A program made the translations under genes and the position numbers. The notes below the pieces were generated by a model, which had not been told where the DNA came from, made no database searches, and saw only the letters and a list, made by a program, of their open reading frames with translations. This document shows, piece by piece, positions 27,124-35,932 of a stretch of 39,759 bases of DNA. The stretch's first letter is position 1. Every line of letters starts with the position of its first letter. The stretch comes from Candidatus Kaiserbacteria bacterium (GTDB lineage Bacteria > Patescibacteriota > Minisyncoccia > Phycocordibacterales > Phycocordibacteraceae). The stretch is taken from NCBI GenBank assembly GCA_011322135.1, contig DRNP01000044.1, positions 1 through 39,759 on the forward strand, read 5' to 3'.

Positions 27124-27282
27124 GCGGAGAACAAGTTATGGGCTTCGGTCACTCTCGCGGGTTTTTCTTTCACGCTTTGCGCTCATAAAAACCTCGCTCC
27201 ATTGACCGCCACTCGTCGTCACTTGTTCGCCTTGCTCACAAGGCTTCGCGACGACTCGGTTCGAATCCCACCGTCTCGCGCA
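27124..27282 (+). repeat. module copy 3 (A3-B3), 159 nt, intact
   Basis: It starts GCGGAGA and ends TCTCGCGCA, a possible end-pairing. It has internal stems GAACAAG/CTTGTTC, GGGTTTTT/AAAAACCT, GTCGTC/GACGAC and GCCTTG/CAAGGC. Confidence 0.85.
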
Positions 27283-27293
27283 AAAACATAATC

Positions 27294-27325
27294 GCACGAC
27301 GCATTCGCGTCGCGCTCTTTGTTTT
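27294..27325. terminator. bidirectional terminator between module 3 and tRNA-Ser
   Basis: Same hairpin as at 22746-22777, with T-runs on both strands. Confidence 0.6.
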
Positions 27326-27326
27326 G

Positions 27327-27411
27327 CGGAGACGGTGGGATTCGAACCCACGAGGGTGTTAACCCTACTTCGTTAGCAGTGAAGCGCTTTCGACCACTCA
27401 GCCACGTCTCC
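27327..27411 (-). tRNA. tRNA-Ser (anticodon GCT), class II with long variable arm, no encoded CCA
   Basis: Manual fold: GGAGACG acceptor, anticodon loop CTGCTAA, variable arm TAGGGTTAACACCCTCG, and T-arm GTGGG-TTCGAAT-CCCAC. Confidence 0.9.
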
Positions 27412-27518
27412 TTTTTTATTGTGTATATACATCATTATACATCAGAGCACACAAGCACACGAATGCACCTTACCATACATGAAACTTCTTTTAAACGCGT
27501 GTCGGCGATTACAAAAAA

Positions 27519-27713
27519 CTAAAGCCCGAGTCCGGAAAAAAGTTTGAGACCAATCCAAATACCGAGTATACCACCGACAGCTGTTAGGATTACTGAACTC
27601 ATAGACATCATGTTACTTCCCCACAGACTCGGCAACATACCGCCAACAGTTGAACCGATAAAAAGTCCTCCCCAAATAAATGTTTTTTGATTCATATATT
27701 TATAGTATGCCAC
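27519..27713 (-). CDS. small hydrophobic protein (2 TM)
   Basis: 64-aa Gly-rich ORF with two hydrophobic segments. Confidence 0.4.
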   Translation of the reverse strand: MAYYKYMNQKTFIWGGLFIGSTVGGMLPSLWGSNMMSMSSVILTAVGGILGIWIGLKLFSGLGL

Positions 27714-27831
27714 ATACTAAATTAAAAACGATTAGTAAATCAATGACATGCAGATGAGTTATACTAATTAAAAAAATACGTACTTGTTGCACAGCAAACA
27801 ATTTCTTAATTTACAAACGCCAAACATATCT

Positions 27832-28932
27832 ATGAAAAAACATCTAAATGCCATCTACACAATGCATTCACTCAACGGACTGGCCGGGTCTTTTATTGGT
27901 ATTTTTATTCCAATATATTTCTTAACACTACACTATTCAATTACACAAGTATTCTTGTATTACCTCACATATGTAATTGCATTATTCTTTTTATTTTTGT
28001 TTGCGAGCTTTGTCGCAAGGAGACTGGGACTCAAACTAGCATTTCTTATATACTTTCCTCTGCAACTTATTTATCTGGGACTTCTTTATACACTTCCTCA
28101 TACACCTGTACCGCTATGGATTATTGCTATTGCAAGCGCTACAGCAACCGGCTTTTATTGGTATCCATTGCATCTCTTTTTCCTTTCACAAGCAAAGAAA
28201 AAAGAGATGGGCACTTCTGTCAGTAAGCTTTATGCATTTCCAAAATTTCTAAAGATAGCGTCGCCTCTGATTGGAGGTGCAATTGCCGTGTTCGGTGGTT
28301 TTTCTCTTCTCATTATCATTACTATCTTTCTATATATCGTATCTTCCATATCTCTTTTATACTTACCCGATATTAGACCAACGGTACATTTCAAAATAAG
28401 TCTTTTCTTGAATCTCGCTCGTAAATATCCTCGTTACTTATTTGCCGAAATAGGTGAAAATATTCGTGAAGAAATCGGTAGCATAATACTGCCGATAGTT
28501 ATTTTCATTACATTTGGGAGCATTCTATCAGTTGGTTTTGTTGGTACACTTTTAAGTGGTGGTGGTGCTCTGTTTATGTTGCTAATTGGACGATACAGCG
28601 ACCGATTAAAGCGTACTAACATACTACGTTTTGGAGCGATACTTACTATGGCAATTTGGCTTATGTTCTTTTATGCACAAGGTTCCATACCTTTTTATGT
28701 TTTGACACTTCTTGAAGGTTTTTCCGGAGCACTACTTCTTATTCCATTCAATTCGCTGGTCTATGACTACGCTCAGGAAAATGATGCCCCCGCGGAATTT
28801 ATCATCTTTCGTGAAGTACCTGTTACGCTTGCACGCATCTTTGTGTATGGAACAGGTCTTTTGTTCGTTAGCTCTTTGAATTATCTATTTCTCCTTCCTG
28901 TTATCGGATCTACTCTTTTTTGGTTATTATGA
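27832..28932 (+). CDS. MFS-type transporter
   Basis: Polytopic, about 366 aa from ATG 27832. Its stop overlaps the recG ATG (ATGA). Confidence 0.7.
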   Translation: MKKHLNAIYTMHSLNGLAGSFIGIFIPIYFLTLHYSITQVFLYYLTYVIALFFLFLFASFVARRLGLKLAFLIYFPLQLIYLGLLYTLPHTPVPLWIIAIASATATGFYWYPLHLFFLSQAKKKEMGTSVSKLYAFPKFLKIASPLIGGAIAVFGGFSLLIIITIFLYIVSSISLLYLPDIRPTVHFKISLFLNLARKYPRYLFAEIGENIREEIGSIILPIVIFITFGSILSVGFVGTLLSGGGALFMLLIGRYSDRLKRTNILRFGAILTMAIWLMFFYAQGSIPFYVLTLLEGFSGALLLIPFNSLVYDYAQENDAPAEFIIFREVPVTLARIFVYGTGLLFVSSLNYLFLLPVIGSTLFWLL

Positions 28933-31094
28933 ACGCAAACGATTTACTCACTGTGCATTTTCCACGACTGCGCGCAGGGCAAAAGAGCGCACTTGATAAA
29001 TTGGGGATTGCCACAATTCGCGACTTGCTATATCACTTCCCGACTCGCTATGAAAACGCCGGTCCAACAGGCACAATCTCCGGCGTTTCTCACGGAGACG
29101 ATGTAACTTTATACGGCACGATACGAAATCCAAAAACACGCAAGGCATGGAAAAGCAGGCGCCCGATAGCGGAAGCGCTGCTGGAAGATAGTTCAGACAC
29201 GATAAAAATGATGTGGTTCAACCAACCATACATAGTGAAATCATTACACGATGGAATGCTGGTAAAAGTAACAGGGCGAGTCGCCGGAAATGATGCAAAA
29301 ATATATCTGGCAAACCCGGAAATAAATCGCACTCCTGTGCGCGCAGAAGACGTACACGACAATCTATTTGCAAATGCTACAGAAAAATCAGAACAAACTC
29401 TCTATCCTGTTTATCAGGAAAGCAAAGGAATCTCATCGCTTTGGATGTATCACGCTGTAAAGAAATGCATTGCGAGTGGAGTGCATGAACAAATAGTAGA
29501 TGCTATCCCGAAAAAAATACTAACGCGATATCACTTGCCAAAACTTGCGACGTCGCTCATATGGATACACATGCCACGAACACTAAAAGACAGTGCTTCT
29601 GCAAGAAAGCGATTCTCTTTTGAAGAAGTGTTTACAATCCAGTTGATGATGGCTCGCAGACGCCAAACAAAAGCATGCCAAAAAGCTCTACCCGTAACAG
29701 TAGACCGCGAGGCGCTCGCCAGCTTCGTGTCTTCGTTCCCTTTTAAACCGACTCGAGCGCAAGCGCGTGCAATAAATACAATCGTTGATGACTTTGAAAA
29801 ACCGCGCCCGATGATGCGACTTTTAGAAGGAGACGTGGGCAGTGGTAAAACAGCAATAGCTGCCGCAACAAGTTATCTTGTAGCGACATCACGTCCTCCG
29901 GAAAGAAAGTCCGGAACTCTTCAGGTGGCATATCTTTGCCCAACTGAGATTCTTGCAAAACAACACTTTGAAACATTTATAGCTTTTTTTAAAGACCATC
30001 CGATACAAATAGGACTTATCACAGGAAGTGGTTGTCGCAAGTTTCCGTCTAAAATCTCACGTGAAAAATCAACACATATCTCTAGAGCGCAATTTCAAAA
30101 ATGGGTTGCAAACGGAGAGATACCGATTGTCATAGGGACACACTCACTCGTACAAAAATCACTTTCATTTAAGACTCTCGCTTATGCAATCATTGACGAA
30201 CAGCACCGGTTCGGTAAAGTCCACCGGCAAGAGCTGGCTAGAAAAGACGGACTGACACCACATTTATTATCCATGACAGCGACACCTATTCCGCGCACTC
30301 TTGCGCTTACAATTTATGGAGACCTTGACCTGACACTTGTAGACCAAATGCCACTCGGACGCAAACCGGTAATAACAAAAGTTCTTGGTCCGGAAAAACG
30401 TGAAGAAGCGTATGCTCGTGTACGTAAAGAGCTTGAAAAAGGAAGGCAAGCATATGTTATATGCCCGCGTATTGACGAACCAGACCCGAACAAAGAGCTC
30501 TCTCTGCAAGCAAAATCGGTGAAAGCTGAGGCGGTGCGACTTGAAAAATACGTTTTCAAAAATACGAGCATTGGAATCTTGCACGGAAAAATGAAGCCGG
30601 CGGAAAAAGAAGAATCTATGAAAAAATTTGAAAACGGCGAAACTCAAATACTTGTTGCTACTTCCGTGGTTGAAGTCGGAGTAAACGTTCCAAACGCAAC
30701 AGTGATGCTGATAGAAGGAGCAGAGCGTTTTGGTTTGGCACAGCTACACCAGCTAAGAGGTCGTGTAATCCGCTCATCGAATCAAGCGTATTGTTTTGTA
30801 TTACCGGAATCATATGGACCGACAACTCGCGAACGACTTTCTGCACTCACAAAAGCAAAAAACGGATTTGAGCTGGCAGAGTATGATTTATCTATCAGAG
30901 GATCAGGAGAGCTTTATGGGAAACGACAATGGGGTATTTCAGATGTTGCGATGGAAGCGCTACGAAATATTAAACTTGTGGAAGCTGCACGTACAGAAGC
31001 TGACGCTTTGATAGAAAAAGATCCCGGCCTTTCAAAACACAGCGCGCTCGCTTCGCTCGCGCATAGCCGCGAATCCGACCTCCACGGAGAATAA
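28929..31094 (+). CDS. recG: ATP-dependent DNA helicase RecG
   Basis: Wedge/OB N-terminus, Walker A GDVGSGKT, DEQH box, and helicase C motifs (QLHQLRGRV). Confidence 0.93.
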   Translation: MNANDLLTVHFPRLRAGQKSALDKLGIATIRDLLYHFPTRYENAGPTGTISGVSHGDDVTLYGTIRNPKTRKAWKSRRPIAEALLEDSSDTIKMMWFNQPYIVKSLHDGMLVKVTGRVAGNDAKIYLANPEINRTPVRAEDVHDNLFANATEKSEQTLYPVYQESKGISSLWMYHAVKKCIASGVHEQIVDAIPKKILTRYHLPKLATSLIWIHMPRTLKDSASARKRFSFEEVFTIQLMMARRRQTKACQKALPVTVDREALASFVSSFPFKPTRAQARAINTIVDDFEKPRPMMRLLEGDVGSGKTAIAAATSYLVATSRPPERKSGTLQVAYLCPTEILAKQHFETFIAFFKDHPIQIGLITGSGCRKFPSKISREKSTHISRAQFQKWVANGEIPIVIGTHSLVQKSLSFKTLAYAIIDEQHRFGKVHRQELARKDGLTPHLLSMTATPIPRTLALTIYGDLDLTLVDQMPLGRKPVITKVLGPEKREEAYARVRKELEKGRQAYVICPRIDEPDPNKELSLQAKSVKAEAVRLEKYVFKNTSIGILHGKMKPAEKEESMKKFENGETQILVATSVVEVGVNVPNATVMLIEGAERFGLAQLHQLRGRVIRSSNQAYCFVLPESYGPTTRERLSALTKAKNGFELAEYDLSIRGSGELYGKRQWGISDVAMEALRNIKLVEAARTEADALIEKDPGLSKHSALASLAHSRESDLHGE

Positions 31095-31235
31095 GGTTAT
31101 CCGACATAGCCCCGAAGCGCGCCTCGCGACGGACTATGGAGCTTATTACACGCGGTTGCGACCGTTGAAAAGATGAAAAATCGAGTCATAATGCGTTTTC
31201 CACACACAAATCACACGAGTCGGAGTATAATAAAG

Positions 31236-31278
31236 ACTCTAAATTATTATTTCTAATTTATTAGAAATAATTTAGAGT
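31236..31278. other. AT-rich 43-bp near-perfect palindrome
   Basis: actctaaatt(att)atttctaa-ttta-ttagaaataatttagagt has 18-bp arms with one 3-nt bulge. Confidence 0.6.
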
Positions 31279-31290
31279 TCTTTCACAATT

Positions 31291-31480
31291 GGAAGCAGCT
31301 TTGGGTGAAGTCCGGTGTAAATCCGGCACTGTCGCGCAACGGTAACTCGCAAGAGAAGTCCGGTCCCCAAAGACGAGATGTTCACATCTCCTGCTCGTAC
31401 TCGCGCAAGGTATTTTTCATATTCGCTTTTCAAAGCGATAAAAACAACCGGCGTGTGTTCCGGTTGTTTTTATTTTTAAC
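31291..31480 (+). promoter_or_regulatory. cobalamin riboswitch with terminator expression platform
   Basis: Core GGTGAAGTCCGGTGTAAATCCGGCACTGTCGCGCAACGGTAA matches the conserved Cbl core. A B12-box-like GAGAAGTCCGGTCCCC is present, with closing stem CTTTGGG/CCCAAAG. The terminator is aaaaacaaccgg-N8-ccggttgttttt followed by a T run (31440-31477). Confidence 0.7.
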
Positions 31481-31490
31481 AGCAGACACC

Positions 31491-33614
31491 ATGACAATAC
31501 TCAATATCAAAAAAAGAAGCGGGGACTCAGTCCCTTTTAAGCGAAATAAAATATCCACAGCACTGTATAAGGCGTTTACATCACAACACCTTGAAAAGCC
31601 CGACACCGTGGAGAGCATCACATCAAAAGTTGTCGATGTGCTGACGGCGAAGTCAGAAACTGCTTCAGTTGAAGAAGTACAGAATATGGTGGAGCGCCTT
31701 TTGATGGAGGAGGGTGAGTATGCTATCGCTAAAGCTTATATGCTTTATCGCGAACAGCACGCAATTATGCGTCGTATGGCTCAAGACCCACTTGCAATCA
31801 TGGATAAATATATTTCCAATACCGACTGGCAAGTACGAGAAAACAGCAACATGGCCTATTCGCTACAAGGACTCAACAACCACATCGCCTCTGCTGTCAG
31901 TAAAAACTACTGGCTTGAACACGTGTACCCGAAAGAAGTACGCGCTGCACACGATGCTGGAGACTTTCATATACACGACCTCAACACACTCTCAGTATAT
32001 TGCGTCGGCTGGGACCTCTTTGATCTTCTGAAGCGTGGTTTTACCGGTGTTCCCGGAAAAATCTCAAGCGCCCCCGCCGCGCATCTTCGAAGCGCCCTGG
32101 GGCAAATAATAAACTTCTTCTATACCCTGCAAGGCGAAGCTGCCGGTGCACAAGCATTCTCAAACCTAGACACATTGCTTGCGCCTTTCATACGCTACGA
32201 CAATCTTTCCTACAAAGAGCTTCAACAGGAACTTCAGAGCTTTATTTTCAACCTAAATGTGCCTACGCGCGTCGGTTTTCAAACACCGTTTACAAATGTA
32301 ACACTTGATCTGCTCGTGCCGGAACATTTCCGTGGCATGCCAGTCTTGCGAGGTGGCAAACCGCAGGCAGAAACTTATGGTGAGTTCCAAGAAGAAGTCA
32401 ATATGTTTAACAAAGCGTTCCTTTCTGTTCTTTCTGAAGGTGACGCTTCCGGTCGCGTATTCACTTTTCCAATCCCAACGTACAACATCACAAAAGACTT
32501 TGACTGGGACAACCCAACTCTTGAAGGTCTGTGGGAGACAACCGCAAAATACGGACTCCCGTACTTCTCCAATTTCGTAAACTCGGATATGGACCCGTCG
32601 GACGCACGAAGTATGTGTTGTCGTCTGCGTATTGATAATCGCCAGCTTGAAAGACGTGGTGGCGGTTTGTTTGGTGCACACCCATTGACTGGCTCAATCG
32701 GTGTCGTAACCATTAACCTACCGCGCATTGCACTTCTTGCAAAAGATGAAAACGACTTTCTTGTACGTCTCGGTGATCTCATGAACATCGCCAAAGAGAG
32801 TCTCGAGATAAAGCGTAAAATGATTGAAAAGCTCACCGAAGACAACCTATACCCTTATACACGCTTTTATCTAGATGAAATGAAGAAGACAAATGGCAGC
32901 TACTGGAAAAATCACTTCTCAACGATTGGCTTGGTTGGTATGAACGAAGCAACATTAAATCTGCTGGACGCTTCAATTGCCGATGAGTCGGGCAAAGCAT
33001 TTGCTGAACGAGTATTAGATTTCATGCGCGAGCGCTTGTCCGACTACCAGGAAGAGACTGGTAACAATTACAACCTGGAGGCGACTCCTGCCGAGAGTAC
33101 TGCTTATCGTCTAGCCCTTTCAGACCAAAAAGACTTCCCAAACGCACGGTTTGCAAATGGCACCGGAAAATCGGTCAAAGCCCCCTTCTATACCAACTCA
33201 ACTCATCTACCGGTCAATTACACGGATGATATCCTTGAAATCCTTGACCTTCAAGACACGCTTCAAACAAAATATACTGGTGGCACAGTAATCCACTTCT
33301 TTATCGGCGAGCGCGTGCGTGATGCGAATGCTGTCAAAGAAATGGTGCGCATTATCTGTGAGAAATACAAACTACCGTACTTCACCATCACACCGACCTT
33401 CAGTGTCTGCTCAACCCACGGATACTTGCATGGCGAACAGCCGGCATGCCCAGAATGTGGCGGTGTATGCGAAGTGTATTCACGCATTGTGGGATACTTG
33501 CGACCAATACAACAATGGAATAATGGAAAACTTGCAGAGTTTAAAATGCGCTCAACTGTTCCTGAACAGCGGGTAGGAACAACAACCAAAGACAAAACAG
33601 ACGTATGCGCATAG
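31491..33614 (+). CDS. nrdD: anaerobic (class III) ribonucleoside-triphosphate reductase
   Basis: N-terminal ATP-cone (ILNIKKRSGDSVPFKRNKI), a C-terminal Cys4 cluster (CSTHGY...CPECGG) and glycyl-radical motif RIVGYLRP. Start trimmed from the track ORF (31305), which runs through the riboswitch. Confidence 0.92.
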   Translation: MTILNIKKRSGDSVPFKRNKISTALYKAFTSQHLEKPDTVESITSKVVDVLTAKSETASVEEVQNMVERLLMEEGEYAIAKAYMLYREQHAIMRRMAQDPLAIMDKYISNTDWQVRENSNMAYSLQGLNNHIASAVSKNYWLEHVYPKEVRAAHDAGDFHIHDLNTLSVYCVGWDLFDLLKRGFTGVPGKISSAPAAHLRSALGQIINFFYTLQGEAAGAQAFSNLDTLLAPFIRYDNLSYKELQQELQSFIFNLNVPTRVGFQTPFTNVTLDLLVPEHFRGMPVLRGGKPQAETYGEFQEEVNMFNKAFLSVLSEGDASGRVFTFPIPTYNITKDFDWDNPTLEGLWETTAKYGLPYFSNFVNSDMDPSDARSMCCRLRIDNRQLERRGGGLFGAHPLTGSIGVVTINLPRIALLAKDENDFLVRLGDLMNIAKESLEIKRKMIEKLTEDNLYPYTRFYLDEMKKTNGSYWKNHFSTIGLVGMNEATLNLLDASIADESGKAFAERVLDFMRERLSDYQEETGNNYNLEATPAESTAYRLALSDQKDFPNARFANGTGKSVKAPFYTNSTHLPVNYTDDILEILDLQDTLQTKYTGGTVIHFFIGERVRDANAVKEMVRIICEKYKLPYFTITPTFSVCSTHGYLHGEQPACPECGGVCEVYSRIVGYLRPIQQWNNGKLAEFKMRSTVPEQRVGTTTKDKTDVCA

Positions 33615-34294
33615 GTGGACTTCAACCATTTTCACTTATTGACTACCCGGGATCCGTTTCGGCAACCATATTCACAGTCGGATGTACTTTCCGCTGTCCT
33701 TACTGTCACAATCCAGAATTAGTGCTTGAAACACCGGACAAGATTATCTCTGAGGACGAAATATTTTCCTTTCTCAAAAAACGTGCCGGAGCATTGCCGG
33801 CGCTTACAATAACTGGTGGTGAACCAACTGTGCAGAACGATTTGCCGGAGTTTATGCGTCGTGTAAAAGCTCTGGGGTACAAGATTAAACTAGACTCAAA
33901 TGGTACAAATCCATCAATGCTTAAAGATATTCTTGCAGAGAAACTCGCTGACTTTGTGGCAATGGATATCAAGGCACCGCTAAGTGCCTATGCGCGTACT
34001 GTGGGAGCGGCGGTAAACGAAGCCGATATAGCAAAAAGTGTCGCCATGTTACTTTCCGGGGAAATACCTTACGAGTTCCGCACAACAGTCGTACGTTCCC
34101 AGCTATCTCCTGAGGATTTTCTGCAAATTGGTAAAGAGATAGCGGGAGCGAAGCGTTATGTCCTGCAACAATTTAATCCAGCAAAAACTCTACACCCATC
34201 ATTTCGAAAGAAACTCTCATATTCAACAGAAGAATTAGAAGCTATAGCAACAACCATGCACCCATATGTCGAACACTGCGAAATCAGAGCATAA
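33605..34294 (+). CDS. nrdG: anaerobic RNR activating radical-SAM protein
   Basis: CTFRCPYCHN (CxxxCxxC) and ITGGEP motifs. Overlaps nrdD by 10 nt. Confidence 0.9.
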   Translation: MRIGGLQPFSLIDYPGSVSATIFTVGCTFRCPYCHNPELVLETPDKIISEDEIFSFLKKRAGALPALTITGGEPTVQNDLPEFMRRVKALGYKIKLDSNGTNPSMLKDILAEKLADFVAMDIKAPLSAYARTVGAAVNEADIAKSVAMLLSGEIPYEFRTTVVRSQLSPEDFLQIGKEIAGAKRYVLQQFNPAKTLHPSFRKKLSYSTEELEAIATTMHPYVEHCEIRA

Positions 34295-35480
34295 TCACCG
34301 CATCTATCTAGACCATGCTGGTGCGACGCCACTTTCACAAACAGCGCGTAAAGCGATGCGAAACACGGCTGGTGTATATGGTAATCCCTCATCACTGCAT
34401 GCTGAGGGGCGCGCTGCGAACAAAATTCTCGTGGACTCGCGCAAAAACATTGCAGAAACGCTTGGCGTTGCTCCGACAGAAATTATCTTTACCGGCTCTG
34501 GAAGCGAGGCTGATGCACTTGCTTTGTATGGCACAGCACACGCATATCAAAAGCTTGGAAGACATATTATCGTCTCTGCCATTGAACACAAGGCAATTCT
34601 TAGGACAGCAGAGAAACTTGAACGAGAGGGATTTTCAGTCACGTATCTACCTGTTGCTTCAGACGGCAGTGTAAGCCCGCAAGCTCTAGAGGAGGCGATG
34701 CGCCCTGACACAACGTTGGTCTCTATAATGTATGCAAACAACGAGATAGGCACTGTAGAACCTATCGCTGAGCTTGCAAAAGTGGTTCAATCGCGCCGCG
34801 GCGCGCGGGGCGCACCGCTCTTTCATACAGATGCGTGCCAAGCCCCGGGGCTTCTCCCTATTGCTCCGAGCGAGCTAGGAATAGACCTTATGACAATCAA
34901 CGGAGCAAAAATATATGGACCAAAAGGAATCGCTCTCCTGTACGTGCGAGACGGAGTTTTGCTTGAACCGCTTATCAGCGGTGAGCAGGAAAAAGGTCGG
35001 CGCGGTGGCACGGAAAATATAGAGCTTATCGCTGGATTTGCTGCCGCACTCTCTGAAGCAGTAGCTATGCGTACGAAAGAGGCGTCACGCATTGCAAAAC
35101 TTCGCGACCTTTTATTTGATGAGATTATTCGTAATATTCCAAACGCACATATAAACGGCGCGCGCGAAGCGCGTCTTCCAAACAACGTGCATATATCTCT
35201 TCCTTACATTGAAGGAGAGTCGGTCTTATTGCTACTGGACGCGGAAGGCATCGCCTGCTCTACCGGTTCAGCATGTAGCGCACACGACCTTACGGCTTCA
35301 CACGTACTGCGCGCCATAGGACAAAACCCGGAGATTATGCACGGCAGTATCCGCATGACACTTGGTCGCCAGAACACAGAAGCGGACGTGCGCTTCGTCG
35401 CCAAAGCACTCAAGCGCGCTACGGCTCGCCTGAGTGCTGTTTCTTCCCTCACAGTATCGGGTATCAAAAAATCCCTATGA
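34266..35480 (+). CDS. nifS: cysteine desulfurase (class V aminotransferase, NifS/IscS type)
   Basis: IYLDHAGATP, the PLP-lysine region INGAKIYGPKG, and active-site loop STGSACSA. Confidence 0.9.
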   Translation: MSNTAKSEHNHRIYLDHAGATPLSQTARKAMRNTAGVYGNPSSLHAEGRAANKILVDSRKNIAETLGVAPTEIIFTGSGSEADALALYGTAHAYQKLGRHIIVSAIEHKAILRTAEKLEREGFSVTYLPVASDGSVSPQALEEAMRPDTTLVSIMYANNEIGTVEPIAELAKVVQSRRGARGAPLFHTDACQAPGLLPIAPSELGIDLMTINGAKIYGPKGIALLYVRDGVLLEPLISGEQEKGRRGGTENIELIAGFAAALSEAVAMRTKEASRIAKLRDLLFDEIIRNIPNAHINGAREARLPNNVHISLPYIEGESVLLLLDAEGIACSTGSACSAHDLTASHVLRAIGQNPEIMHGSIRMTLGRQNTEADVRFVAKALKRATARLSAVSSLTVSGIKKSL

Positions 35481-35932
35481 GCAATTCACAAGAAAAACGT
35501 ATAGATGTTGCCGGAGTGTGTGGCACGCCGTCGTGGGCATATAACGACACTGTGAAGGATCATTTTTTCAATCCACGAAACCTTCTCAAAGACCACGAAG
35601 ATTTTGATGCGGGCGGTACCGGAACAGTCGGCAGTCCTGCCTGTGGCGACGTAATGTTGGTTGCTATTTCGGTCGATGCAAAAACGAAAAGAATTACAGG
35701 ATGCCGTTGGCGTACATTTGGCTGTGCATCAGCGATTGCTTCAACCTCTATGATGTCTATTATGGTCACAGAGAATGGCGGTATGACACTCGCACGAGCT
35801 CGGCGCCTAAAACCAGAAGAGATTATAGACAGGCTCGGTGGTTTGCCGGACAGAAAATATCACTGCTCGGTTCTAGGACACGAAGCTCTGCGTGAGGCAG
35901 TTGAAGATTATTTGAACCATGAGCTATCGTAA
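35477..35932 (+). CDS. nifU: NifU/IscU-type Fe-S scaffold
   Basis: Three scaffold Cys residues in GSPACGD, FGCASAIAS and YHCSVLG. Confidence 0.88.
   Translation: MSNSQEKRIDVAGVCGTPSWAYNDTVKDHFFNPRNLLKDHEDFDAGGTGTVGSPACGDVMLVAISVDAKTKRITGCRWRTFGCASAIASTSMMSIMVTENGGMTLARARRLKPEEIIDRLGGLPDRKYHCSVLGHEALREAVEDYLNHELS

Noticed and set aside
22778-27282. Diversity-generating retroelement (template/variable repeat) hypothesis
   Set aside because: RT motif 4 reads GFPTSPRLA rather than the DGR-type xGxxxSQ. The differences between module copies are transitions of mixed type (A-G, C-T), not adenine-specific. No copy lies at the 3' end of a target gene.
27124-27282. tmRNA or Y-RNA-like identity for the 159-nt module
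   Set aside because: It is too short for tmRNA, and no resume codon or tag ORF ending in a typical degradation tag is present. The T-stem is broken (CTCGG/CCCAC), and it occurs in multiple copies. No Ro/Rsr gene is nearby for a Y-RNA assignment.
31236-31278. NrdR box upstream of nrdD
   Set aside because: The sequence does not match the 16-bp NrdR consensus (acaCwAtATaTwGtgt), and only one site is present.
31305-31490. N-terminal 62 codons of the track ORF 31305..33614
   Set aside because: This stretch is the cobalamin riboswitch and its terminator. The NrdD ATP-cone begins at ATG 31491 (MTILNIKKRSG).
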